The notes beneath the pieces were generated by a model. It made no database searches and was not told the origin of the DNA. It worked only from the letters and a program-made list of their open reading frames with translations. Both the position numbers and the translations under genes were made by a program. A DNA stretch of 64,000 nt, from NCBI GenBank assembly GCA_003971905.1, contig RSEE01000006.1, positions 434,001-498,000 on the forward strand, in the 5' to 3' direction. This document shows, piece after piece, positions 13,801-25,079 of this stretch. The stretch is from Moniliella sp. 'wahieum'. Lineage: Eukaryota. Positions within the stretch are counted from its first letter, which is position 1, and each line of letters starts with the position of its first letter.

Positions 13801-16800
13801 CTGCTGGCGGCAGCGGAGCTATTGGAAAAGGGCAGTCAAGATGCACTGGGCTGGTACCGGACATCAGGCACCCTTCGGACGAAATTTCAGCGCCATTATG
13901 TATCGATTTGTGGAGACGGTGGCCTTGCCCGTTGGTCCCAATGGGACACTGACTCCACTTTCATGCTCTTCCCCCCGTGATGCGGGATGCATCAGCGGCG
14001 CAAAACGTGTTGCGAGGATGGATCGCTGCTGATTACTGAGCCCGCTTGGGCTTGGCGAGGCGGCAGGCTCGCTTGGCCAAGCTGATCGATGCGGTGTACG
14101 TGTGCCGGGCCGGATGGCCAAGAGCCAGTACCCAAGGCTACCCAACCGGGCGGTGTCTTCCACACCGCTACGCTAGCTGGATTTGTCGAATGTGCATTGT
14201 GAGCGCGCTGGTTTCTCGGAAGTTCGCCTCTACACGGCCGCCTGGTACCAGCTCCCAGTCCCGCTCTACTACACCTGACACACTCCGTGCCCTCGCGCCC
14301 AACCAGACCCAAAGCGCTCAATTGTGGGCCGACACGAGCGATGCTCCCGTTCTGATCGATATCAATTGGCTTTTGGGTGTATGGCTCAAGCTGTTACCCA
14401 ACCGTATGAGGTGGATGATACCTCAGTCCCGCTCATTTCATGGGACAAGTGCCGTCTCATTTGGTCAATCGTTGAAGGTGCAATGCAGCCCTCAAACCCG
14501 CCAACGGGAACGCACTCGATATGGCCAGCAGCCGCTTCCGCACAATTCAAAATGCCTTGACGATGCGCTCTGGAACAACAAAGTGTTCAAGGAAGATGCA
14601 GCTCGAGAGGCTGCCCTCATCGCTCCTCCCACTGGACGCAACGCGGACTGCCCAAACCTTTGTCAGCTACCTTTCGGAACAGCATGAACGGACACGGGAG
14701 CTCCGGCAAGCAAGCGAGACAAGGAGGCACCACTTCCAGTGCTGTGCCCAACAATGCTCCGGGGGGAAGTGAACATCGTCGCGGCCAGCCTAGCCATACC
14801 ATGGGGGTGGAAGTGGGCAACGAGTGGTGGCTCAACCAGCGGGGTGGAACGACGAGCTCGACGGATGACCGCCATCTTTCCGTGGTCCCCTCCGTCCGAT
14901 GCTCAGCAACGAGCCTAGCCCAGCCACGGTCTCTTCGCCAGCTCGAACTGCTGCCGAGCTCATGGCGCTCATCTCTACGAGTGGGAAACCTTCTTTGTCG
15001 TTGTCTTTATGTGGGGCAAGGACTCATGTCTGGCCTAACTCCCAGCGTTCGTATACCTTTCATCTTATTGGACCTGACGGCACCCGTCACCTTCTCCAAG
15101 CAGCTTCGCGGGAGATTGGTGGAGTTCATCCGTCAAGTGGATAATTCGGCCCTGAAGCTGGACCAACAGGCCATGCAGGCCGCTCCTTCGCGTGTACCTT
15201 CCTCTACCCCTACTGTCACAAATGGTACGTGTTCATCTGGGGATGAATATGTCGGCCTCGCTACTACCACAGAATGTGAGCACTGAACGTCGTATTGGAC
15301 TAAGAAGCTTCTGCGACTGACTCGTCCAGAAGACTGGTGCGAGCTCGGAAGAATGAAAGCTGACTCACGTGACTCAGGGTCCGCGCGGTCCTAGGACGGA
15401 TGTCAACACCCCCGCTGACCGGAGGGCCCAGTCATGTGGACTGGATCCATCTCCTCGACGCGGAGTTGAGCAAGATGGCTTGTCAGGGCGGGACGGCCGA
15501 GAGGCTTGGTGAGGACGTCCGCTGGGTTCCTTTCGGGGGGATGTGTACAAGTATGGCCTCGCCCGAGTCCACGTGTTGCCGTACATTGTGGTACCGGATC
15601 TTCAGCTCTCGGAGCTTGCCGGTGCTGCCAAATTTGTGGGCGAGATCGACGACAGACTTATGTCGCAATACCAATGAATGGGTGTACCCTCGCCGATGGC
15701 CCCAAGCTCGATCATGATGTTCTTGACATAGTTGGCGTCAACCAGTCCATCATATCCTGCCGTATATTCGGCGGCGGCGGTACTGGTAACGCTCTTCGGC
15801 TGAAGAATGGATCGCCACGACACCGGCACACCGTACACCATCAGTAGGCATCCAGATGTGGAGCGTGCCTGGATGGGATCTCCCGCCAAGTCGGAATCTG
15901 TATACAGCGCAATGGCCGGTGCATCTGATGTTGGGGTCAACCTCAGGCCCTTTCCTCGAGTATGGTACAGGTAGCGAAGGAAGTCATCGACTGCTTGATG
16001 ATGCTGCTGCGATGGGTCGGCAGCGGCTCTGCTGAGGGCCGTGATAGCGAAGAGGGAGTCAGGCCGGCCCATTCGTGCAGCCCACAGTCCCGATCCGATC
16101 TTCCCCTGATATGCCTTGCGCAAGGCTGGGAGGGATGGGGTTCAGGGTCGGCACGGGGCGGTATCATCCGTACGGGATGTGGGAGAGTCCGGATCCACGG
16201 GGCTTTGATGTGGTGCTTTGCCACCACTTCCTCGATGAACTTTGGTTGGCTCAGGTACAGCTCCCCACCGATCCGATCGTATTGGCATCCCAGGTGGTAG
16301 TGAAGGGACCGTTACCACGAACATCAATGTGTGTGTTATCTCGGCCATAAACTCCTCGTACTTTTGGTGTGACTTGCATGCGCGGAGATCGTCGGTGTGG
16401 ACCGCCAGGAGGATCTGCTCACCCGGTGGTGCAGCGCGCACGAACAAGCAGGGCTCGGTCAAGCTTTGCGTGAAGCCGAGCTTGTCACGCAGCAGGTCGG
16501 ATGTATCGTGCCCAGTTTGCTCCGCTCTGATGTAGCCCGTATAGACTCTCTTGAGACGCCACACGCGACCACCCGCTTCGGGGAAGTAGGGGGGGGGGGA
16601 TGTAGACTGCTTCTTCGAGGGGGGCGTTCAGGTACGCTGCATTGACGTCCGCCGAGAAGAGGCCAACTATACTTCTCGGCCAGCACGACGAGGGTCAGGA
16701 TGGCAGGTGTGCGCACCGATGGTGCGAACGTCTGGCCCCAAGTCTCGGCCGATTGTTGGTGTCCGCCCGCGACAAAGCGCGCGCGTGGCGCAGGAACCGG

Positions 16801-19800
16801 CCCTCGGCGTCCGTCTTTGTGGTGATGCGCCATAGTCCTATGAGGATTTGTGCACCCGGTGGTGGGTACGTAGCCTCGTAGGTGCCGTATCGCGCGAGTG
16901 TGGCCACCTCGTCGGCCATAGCCTGCTTGACCATGGCAAAGGAGGGGTGAGTCTCGACCCTTGAGCGTCTTGGGAGCGAGGGGTACGCCATCCTTGGTGA
17001 GCTGAACCGTGTCCGGGTGGATGGGTGCGCTGAGAGCAGTCATGGCGGCGTATTCGGGAGGTTGAACTGTGTCGGCAACGGGGGGGCGGATGTGTCAGGT
17101 AGGGGGCGGGCGATGCCGATCTCTGGTGCGGCGCAGTGGGGCGTGGCGGCTGCAGCACGAGCATGGTAGGTCGTGTCGGTGGGGTCGTCAGCGATTGGGA
17201 GTGTGTGCAGGTCGAGGGAGGTGCGGGGGTGGTGCGCTGGCGGAGGGGGTAGCGGCGCGGAGGGGGGGTGGTGGTGGAGCGGCGGGTGTCTGGGTGTGGC
17301 GGCGGTTCGGGGCATGGGGCTGCCGCGGCTGGCGGAGTAGGGTTAGCGTCTTTTCACTGTCGATTTTAATTTGAGGTGATTTGGAGATGTCGGGTGGGAA
17401 GTGGTCGGGGTGGAGATGGGGGTAGATGGCGTTGCCCCATTTGTACGGTTTCGACCAGCGGTAGGTGAAGGTACCCAGGGATGGTTGGTATGTGGCGAAG
17501 AGCCATCCCTTTGATCCGCGCTGATGGTGGTATCCTACCAGCATACCTTCCTCTGCCCGCGCGCTGAGCTTGTGCTCGCGGCGTGACTCGGGCAGATGGG
17601 GTATGCACGCGGCCAAAGGGTTGCATCGGTAACGAGTATGCGTGGCCTTTGTATCGCTCAAATCGCGATTTGTTGTCTTCCCCGGATGTTTTGAGTGGCA
17701 TTTGGTTTTGGGTGAAGCACGCAGCGTGGAGGCTGTGTTCCCACCAGTCCGACGTCGGAAGACCTGTACCCAAGAGCACTGCCTTGCACGAGTCGTTATG
17801 GTTCGGATGGCACGCTCAGCCACACCGTTGCTAGCACTCTGCCCCGGGATTGTCCGTTCTGACGTGATGCCTTGCTCGTCCAGAAAAGGTTGCAGTGCGC
17901 TTGTCAATTCGGGGGCGTTGTCCGTGCGCAAAGTCCGCAGCAGTCTGTCCGGGCCGTAGCGTTGCTCCCGCAATATGAGGTTCCGCAGTTCCTTCGTTGC
18001 AGCGCCCTTTGTCGGGATCGCTGTGGTGAAGACGTACCGCGTGAAGTCATCAACGGCGACGAGGGCGTATCCGTGCCCCATGCCGGTTACCCGGGGGAGG
18101 TCTACTACGTCGACGTGGAGGACCTCGAAAGGTCTTTTGGATCGGAGGCGGTCCCGGCTCGGATGGGGCGATGCTGTCGCTAGTGCCACCGCGCATGTTG
18201 GGCAATCCCACTCTGAACGACAGAGGGAGATATGCTTGGCTGTGACGCGGAGGCCTGCGGTTTCCGATCGTGTAAGCCAGGGGAGGAGGTCGATGGCTGC
18301 GTGGTTCCAGCGTTTGTGGGCTTTAGAGACGTGGTCCAGGGCCAGGGATGCTGCGAGGGAGTTTGGGGTTGAGGGTGGGTCGGCCGGTTTGATCGGTTTG
18401 GTCGCCATGGCCCGCAGGGGTGTGGGTGGCGTTCGCGGGTTGTGTAAGATCGTGAATTGATAGTCACTGCCGGTTACTTTTCGTAGGGTGGATCCTGGGT
18501 TACCAAGCCAGATACCCTTCTGGTGTGGGGCGAAGTATGATGCGATTCCGGTGTTCGACAGGTGTGCTACACTGACGAGATTTCGGCTGAAACGGGGCAT
18601 GTATAGGCTGTTGGGGAGTTTTATCTCCATTTGGTGTCCTCCTAAGCATCGGATACGGATTGTGGCCGTGCCTCGTCCTTCCGCCTTTACATGTGTCCCG
18701 TTAGCAACCTCTATCTCGTCGTCGCAAGGGGTCATGGATGTGAAGACGGATTTGTCTTTCCAAATGGATGGGAATGCCCCACTGTCATATAATGCCCGGA
18801 TGATTCGCATTTCGCCCCCGAGTTCCTAGTAGTCAGCTGTGCCCGCATCAACGTCAATCACTTCAGACTCGGGAGAGCTCGCTCTCTGAGCGACGTGAGC
18901 GTTGGCTCGGCCTGGGTTGCGCGGAGGGACAACAGGTTTATTAGACGTCGCGCTGCGCCAGGGTTGGTTGGTGCGGTCTTGCCCCTTGGTCTTTGTGTCC
19001 GCGAGGTTGTCGTCGCCGGCTTTGCCCCCGCTGGAGTTTTTTCCCCCGCTGGTGGGTCGTCCCCCGCTGTCGGGTCGAGTCCAAGGCGTTCCTCCGTTGA
19101 CCGGCTTGCCTCCGTTTCTCTTCCTTTCTCCACCGGGATACGTGGCGGCTGGTATGTCCATCACGGCCTGCCGTAACTTGTCTAGACTCGAGCGCTCTTC
19201 ACGCTGGCGAATGCTCATGTCGCGTAAGCCGAGTAGGATCCCAGTGCGTTCCTGCTCTTCCGTAAGTGGGATGCCCGCTCGCGTCAGGCTTGCACTGATC
19301 TCTTCCATGTAGTCGAGGTAGTCTCGACCCGATCGGTTTCCTTGGTCGGCCGAAAAGTAGCGAATGAGTAGAGGCCCTCTGTTTGCGGTAGGCGTATATC
19401 CATACCGCTGACGCAGCATGTTCAGCGTGTCCTGGGTGCATGATATTTCGTGGTGGGTGCGGATCGTCCGGAAGAGGGTTGACGGCATGGCTTCCCTAAG
19501 AAGGTTGTGCAAGCGTCTGTCGAGGTCCTCGGTGAAGTAGCGGGAGCTGCGACCATTCTGGACGACGTCGCTTGCGTGGGGGTGGGCATCTGTTATCGCG
19601 AAGAGAAATTCGTCTTCCCAAGCGCTGTAGGCGGACGGGTCTTTGTTCAGATCAGGCCACTTGATATTCTTGGTGGGAGACTCGCGTAGTGATCTGTAAA
19701 GGTCGTACTCGGGTCGCGAGGCTGCGCCTGTAGGTGCCCCCAAAGTTGCGTTGGGTTGAGTTTCCATTTGGTGGATGTTTTGCACCACAAAATTCGTAGC

Positions 19801-21639
19801 CCGTCGAACCCAGTTTGTCGTGATAGACGTAGGTTCGTCCTTCCATCCAAGCCACTCGGCTCTGTCGTGTATAGCTCTGTTGATCTTCTCTTTAACGACA
19901 TCGATGTCGTTCGTCTTCTTGAACCACAGGTGCGCTTCGGCGCAAAGCATCATGAGTTCCTCGTTGTCGGTGCCAATCGGTGGCGGATCGCGACCGGTTG
20001 GTGTCCAGTAATCGCGCTTGTTCACCATTGTGGTGTCGCTGACCGAGAGATCGGTGTTAGCGTTGGCGCCCATGGTTGTGGGTGTAGTTTTGGCCAGCTC
20101 AGGGATGAGCAGATAAGGATGTAACTCTGTCGGCCTCGCTACTACCACAGAATGTGAGCACTGAACGTCGTATTGGACTAAGAAGCTTCTGCGACTGACT
20201 CGTCCAGAAGACTGGTGCGAGCTCGGAAGGAATGAAAGCTGACTCACGTGACTCAGGGTCCGCGCGGTCCTAGGACGGATGTCAACAAATATCTTGTGTA
20301 CTGACATTTGCTGGCACAACAGCAGGGCCTGTTTTTGGTGTTGCTTTGTCAGATCTCGTCGCACGTGATGGAACACGGATACCCGTCGTCATCGACCGCC
20401 TTTTGTCAGAAATTGAAGCGCACGGATTGGGCGAGCAAGGCATCTACCGCATCTCGGGCGCTAAGAGTGCCATGGACGCACTCAAGCACACTTTTGATAC
20501 CCAACCTGCGACCAATGTGGACCTCACCACTGGGGATGGAGTGATGTGCATACTTTGGCTGGAGTCGTAAAGCTGTGGCTGCGCGAACTCCCAGAACCGC
20601 CGGTCCCCTTCACGTTTTATCATGCACTAATCCAGGCCGAGTCCATTGAGACGAGGAGCAACGTCTATCAACTTTCCGCCAGCTTATTTGGGACTTTCCC
20701 GCTCCTCATTTTGATTTGGTGGAACGGTTAGCGCGCCACCTTGCCCTCGTGGAAGCGTCAGGCTCCACCAATTTGATGGCTGGTCACAATATCGGGCTGG
20801 TATTTGGCACCTCGCTCCTGGCCCTCCTCCAGGACCAACGTCGATGGCCGAATCTTTCTCCAATATTGGAAAGGCGGCCCATATTGTCAAAATTGTGGTG
20901 CTCGCCCACTCCATTCTGTTCGCCCCTAAACCCGACGAGCCAACTGTGTCCTGAGCTGACGGACAATTCTCAACCACCCGACGTGGACAACCCGGCAGAT
21001 GAACAGGGCCGTTGGCTGTCGAGCCGGTAAATGAGCCCCATCTTTCCTCTCCTTCTCCGCCATCCGTATCCCCAACTCCGACAGCAATTGCCGCACCGCC
21101 TTTGAACCCGTCGTATATCAAGTCTGACCATCCCCTCGTCCGCGATTACAACATCCGTGCCCCTCCGCTCTAACCCGGGGCATGTTTCGGTTACCCCGGT
21201 AGGCGGGGAGAAGGATTCGTCGGGACTGGCCAAACGGACCTCCACACCACTCACACCCAATTCCCATGGAACGCGAAGCTCGAGTCCCGCCGGTGGAGCA
21301 GGCGGCACCAAGACCGCTATGGGTTCCCCGCCCCACCCGAGATGGTCATTCCAGTGCCGCGGCATGCACTGGGGGGACGGCTTGGCTCGTCCCCGAGCAC
21401 TCTCACCGGTTCCGACAACTCCCTTATCCCCCCCTCCTTCGATGCTCGCTTTGACACCCGCTCTCCTTCGCCCCGACCGGGAACGGTCGGTATATTTGGA
21501 CGCGACGGATGCGGCAGCATTTTTGGCATCCCATTCCCTTCCTGGACCTTCCCCCCTATCGGTATCGCCGGAGGACGAGCGTGACTCAGAGGACCCCATG
21601 GCCTCCCTCCAAGCCACACTCGACCGCATTGGCGCTTGA
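7859..21639 (+). CDS. Large Bem2-like Rho GTPase-activating protein (Pro/Ser-rich N-terminus, PH-like and probable RasGEF-like regions, PH, RhoGAP); one intron holds a copia element
   Basis: GWKPYRVLLTEGGQLQFYKPP (~10520-10580). PH motif LSLCGARTHVWPNSQRSYTFHLIGPDGTRHLLQAAS (~15000-15110). RhoGAP VFGVALSDLV..IPVVIDRLLSEIEAHGLGEQGIYRISG..LAGVVKLWLRELPEP..NLMAGHNIGLVFGTSLL (20330-20820). Many frameshifts; start is approximate. Confidence 0.8.
15250..15408 (-). repeat. 3' LTR of the copia element (159 bp)
   Basis: Runs tgtcggcctcgc...ggatgtcaaca on the + strand. Matches 20128-20287 except for one G (ggaagaatg vs ggaaggaatg). Confidence 0.97.
15403..18825 (-). CDS. pol: Copia Pol (protease, integrase, reverse transcriptase, RNase H); several assembly frameshifts
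   Basis: PR: LYDSGA. IN zinc finger: HKRWNH..CPTC. IN core: LHVDV, VDDFTRY, LRTDNAPE, NGVAER. RT: RARFVAGG, TFAPSV, VHTDDL. RNase H: LYTDSDLAGD, STSG, TSTAAAEY, ADVLTK. The stop TGA lies inside the 3' LTR (15405-15403). Confidence 0.93.
15409..15416 (-). other. Polypurine tract (plus-strand priming site) of the copia element
   Basis: Element-sense AGCGGGGG lies immediately before the 3' LTR TG. Confidence 0.75.
18826..20073 (-). CDS. gag: Copia Gag (~415 aa)
   Basis: Uninterrupted ORF from MGANANTDLS, the first ATG after the 5' LTR, to ..GTADY*. It has copia Gag-like helical segments (YSAWEDEF.., LNMLRQRYG, QGNRSGRDYLDYMEEISASL) and a basic Gly/Asn-rich tail. Confidence 0.85.
   Translation of the reverse strand: MGANANTDLSVSDTTMVNKRDYWTPTGRDPPPIGTDNEELMMLCAEAHLWFKKTNDIDVVKEKINRAIHDRAEWLGWKDEPTSITTNWVRRATNFVVQNIHQMETQPNATLGAPTGAASRPEYDLYRSLRESPTKNIKWPDLNKDPSAYSAWEDEFLFAITDAHPHASDVVQNGRSSRYFTEDLDRRLHNLLREAMPSTLFRTIRTHHEISCTQDTLNMLRQRYGYTPTANRGPLLIRYFSADQGNRSGRDYLDYMEEISASLTRAGIPLTEEQERTGILLGLRDMSIRQREERSSLDKLRQAVMDIPAATYPGGERKRNGGKPVNGGTPWTRPDSGGRPTSGGKNSSGGKAGDDNLADTKTKGQDRTNQPWRSATSNKPVVPPRNPGRANAHVAQRASSPESEVIDVDAGTADY
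20128..20287 (-). repeat. 5' LTR of the copia element (160 bp)
   Basis: Direct repeat of 15250-15408. In element sense it begins TGTTGACA and ends GGCCGACA. Confidence 0.97.
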
Positions 21640-22427
21640 GTGTGAGGCGTGTGAAAAGCCCCATGGTTACACGGAACACATATCCCCCCTTTCCTTTCCC
21701 GTCCCTTTTTGACTTGTCACTCTCATCTCTACCTCCTTCCGCTTTTCCGTGGTCGATGGATGCCCTTGATATCGTTCCATTAATGACACGACTTTTTCTG
21801 GCCTTGAAGCTTGAAGGCGCTCTAAGCTTGAGGCTTGAAGCTTAAAGCTTAAACGGAAATGGAGGAGTGGACCTTGCCGATTGTGGCGGCGGTTGAATAT
21901 AGCTGTATCACGTCCTGCTACTGTACTTCAAATGTGGATATGAGATGGCGCCGAGGCATGAACGGCGTTTTGCTTGCGTGCGACCTGGAACCTGCGCAAC
22001 CCATCACATGCATCGCCAACAGTCACTAGTCACTTGACAGGTTGAAAACGTGACGTGCACTGGGGCGTGAAAACGAGTAGTGACTGGCAGGGATCGTCGG
22101 GGTCGCGTTGAGGCGGGGCAAGGTCTTTTCTTCCATCACATGTCACATGTCACATGTCACACCGTGCACATGCCGCAAATAATGCGGTTGCCGTGCGTGT
22201 AGCATGCCCTGCTGGACGTGACAAGTCGCCGGCTTCGCGGGTGCACCGCGCCCTTGCCAGCTCTCTGCCGGCCATCCGCTTTGTTAGCAGGCCTAGCAGG
22301 TCTATCTCCCCACCGCCATTGCCAAAACTGTCACCACCATCCTCCCCCCCTCCTGCTCCAACATTTCCCTGCTGCCCAACTCGTAGCAGCCAGCGTCAGC
22401 GCGTGTGAAGGCAGTCCGCCGCACACC

Positions 22428-23930
22428 ATGGCCATCCAGTCGACTCTGGCCCTCCGCCCGTCTCGCCGGCGGTGTACGACGCCGTTCGTCATGCTCACCG
22501 CCCGCCCCGCCGGCTCGGGCTATTTCTTCTACGTACGCTCTTCCTCCAGTATACCATCACTGTTCCCGTCGTCCTTCTCGCCACACCACCCTTTATCATG
22601 CTACGGAATGTATTCCCTTTATGCGAAACACCCCGCCTGGTCGTTCAAGACGGGTGTCAGCACCACCATCGTCCGCATCGTCATCCTCTGCATGGGAATC
22701 ATCCGCTTCACTCCTGCTCCGCACTCCGACAGGGCTGCCAACACTGGCTTTTTGGCTTTTTGTATGCGAGTGATCGCCTGGCGCAGCTATGGCAAACGCA
22801 TCTGGGCCGACACCAAAACAATGCCTCACTTGAGCCACCTCCATGGCCACCGCTTGGACGAAGTATTGTTTCGCCCCCCCGCAGATTGGCTGCGTGGCCT
22901 ACTCGCTGTACGCGATCCGAGCCGACCCCTTGACGAGCAAATCTCTGTCTCGCCCCTTTATAATGGGCCCCCCCTGATCGAACCTGGCTTTGCCAAGGGG
23001 CGAATCAAGTGCTTTTGGTACCTCGCCAGCCCACCTCATACCCCCTCTTCCCCAGGACGGCGCGAAAGAGCGCACTAAGCCTGTCATGCTGTACTGCCAC
23101 GTGGTGCCGGCGTTAGCTCAGTGCTGGGGATGCCTTTATGGGTGCGACGTTGGCCACTGGTTTGGCCGCACAGCCAACATTGACGTGTTTACGGTGGATT
23201 ATGATTTGGCACCGTATGCCAAGTACCCCACCACGATAGCCAGTTGTTCGGAGCGTGGCTCTACTTGGTCATCGAACTCGGCTATCATCCGTCCCAAGTG
23301 TTCTTTGGTGGTGACTCGTACGGGTCAATGTCAGTGTTGCTATTAAACCGCTATCTGCGGGACGTATGGCCTCATCTCGAACCTCCCAGTGCGGATTCTT
23401 TTCTTGCTGTCGACCCTTCCTTGTCGGCAGCCAAGGTAGCGGCCAAAGTAAGCGTTATTCCCAGATCTTGCAGGGCGAACCGGTGCGTCCCTCCTGCTAC
23501 CCCGGGCATCGTCTTGCTCAGCCCATGGCTCCATCCTACCGATATGGGGGTCATCATCCCAGCCGGATCCACGCGATGGGGCACGATATTGTCTCGCTGC
23601 CGTACATGGAATGGGGCAACGAGTGCCTGGAATGGGCCGGGAACATAAGTCGACCAAGGATTTGTCCCCCACCAGTCCCTGGGTGTCGCCCCCCACTATC
23701 TTGCTTGCCGACGAGCTGGTACCCTCCCTCCTCTTTGGGTTGGAATGGAGGGGCAGAAACTCTTCTGGACGAAGGGACCGACTTGGTCCGCCGCGCCCGC
23801 TCGGCCGGGAATGACGTGGAGCACTACGTTGCGCCCGGAATGCCCCATGACTTTTATTCGATTCCCTTTGAGAGGCCAATTCCAATCAACACTACGTCTG
23901 CTCCGGCCCTGGCTTTGCAAGTCATTATAA
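22428..23930 (+). CDS. Alpha/beta hydrolase fold esterase (HSL/Say1-like), frameshifted
   Basis: VMLYCH(GG), FTVDYDLAPYAKYP, nucleophile elbow GGDSYG, GIVLLSPW, GGAETLLDEG, GMPHDF. The N-terminus has a hydrophobic segment. Confidence 0.8.
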
Positions 23931-23931
23931 G

Positions 23932-24616
23932 GTGTTCCTCATTCCACTAGTACCGCGGCCGATGCTTGGTCGAGTCGACGGTGGAGCCAAGCATTCAAGT
24001 GCCTTCCTCGCCTCTCCTTCGCGCGGGGAGTCTTCCCAAGAGCTAGAGCTCACCAAGCCGGAAGCCGGAGAAGCACGCGCCAACAGAAGCCGGACCGAAG
24101 GACCGATCAGGGACTTCCCCCGTGGAGATGCTGGCCGAGCGGAACCAGAGTATGTGCAGGAGCATGGTCCAATGTCGGTATTTGAGGTTGCCCCAGAGAC
24201 TGCCCCAGGGGAGATGTTGTCTGATACGGAGTCCGGACGAGACGAAGGGCACCAAGCCGTACGCAAGCAAAGCCAAGAGTCCACCTCGGTGGAGAATCTG
24301 TCTGAGCCTGCGCTGGTACCCGACCAACCCCTTACGCCCGCCTCCGTGAAAGGCCTGACCGATTCCCATCAGAATATGATCCCACACAAAGGCCGAGACG
24401 CCAACGGAAACGATGGCTGCCCAGGAGGAGGAACGATTGGCCTCAGCGCCTGTCGAGTTTGCTGTGGGAATTGGCATGCCCGCGGTACAGCCCGAGGTGC
24501 TTGCTCACGCACCACCCACAGATCCGACATTGTCTCCCAAGACAAAAGTCAGGAGTGGTAAGGGTAAGGGTAAGGACAAGGGCAAGGGTAAGGGTAAGGG
24601 CAAGGGTACTCGGTAA
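23932..24616 (+). CDS. Acidic low-complexity ORF ending in a (GK)n tail; possibly a C-terminal extension of the hydrolase
   Basis: ORFs 23932..24561 and 24413..24616 join with one frameshift. The tail KGKGKDKGKGKGKGKG is encoded by AAGGGY repeats. Confidence 0.35.
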
Positions 24617-25079
24617 AGCCGGCGAGGGCAAGGGCGTGAAACACCAAAAGCGAACACAATATCCTCTCCACCATCTATGACTGGGTCACCGATCAGTCAG
24701 TGGTCGAAGTGATCGATCAGTGCCATTCGCGCGTCTACAGGATGGATCTGTCTCTGTCTCTGGAAATATGATATCCAAACTGTCGCATGGAAGGCCCGGC
24801 GACGGCACACTGTACTAGTAGGTAGTAGGCATTGCCGCGAGCGAGGCCAGGAGTCGATGAGAATGAATAAAAAACGCGGCCCCTCGGCAAATACGAACGA
24901 ATGGCACATCGCTTGGGGAAATAAGTGAAGCGCGCCGGGAAAGATAAAAGAGGGTGGGTCCGTAGGAGAAAACGGGCAAGAAAGGATGGCTACAACATGG
25001 TTTAGGGGCTTTGGTTCAAGGATGAGGGCAAGGGAGGGACAACAAATGGCGTGGTGGGAGCGTGAAGAAACGGACAAGG

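Larger units (their letters stand above)
15250..20287 (-). mobile_element. Full-length Ty1/copia LTR retrotransposon (5,038 bp)
   Basis: Two direct LTRs with TG..CA ends. Domain order gag-PR-IN-RT-RNaseH is copia-type. A purine tract (AGCGGGGG) abuts the 3' LTR. AATA(T) is duplicated on both flanks. Confidence 0.97.

Noticed and set aside
15245..15250. Apparent 4-bp TSD (AATA), unusual for copia
   Set aside because: The right flank is AATAT and the left reads AATA+TGTC. Loss of one T from AATAT-TG would give the normal 5-bp TSD, consistent with the assembly's deletion errors. It cannot be settled without reads.
20074..20376. N-terminal extension of the 516-aa Gag ORF
   Set aside because: It runs through the 5' LTR and host intron/exon sequence. 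The plausible start is the first ATG after the LTR (20073).
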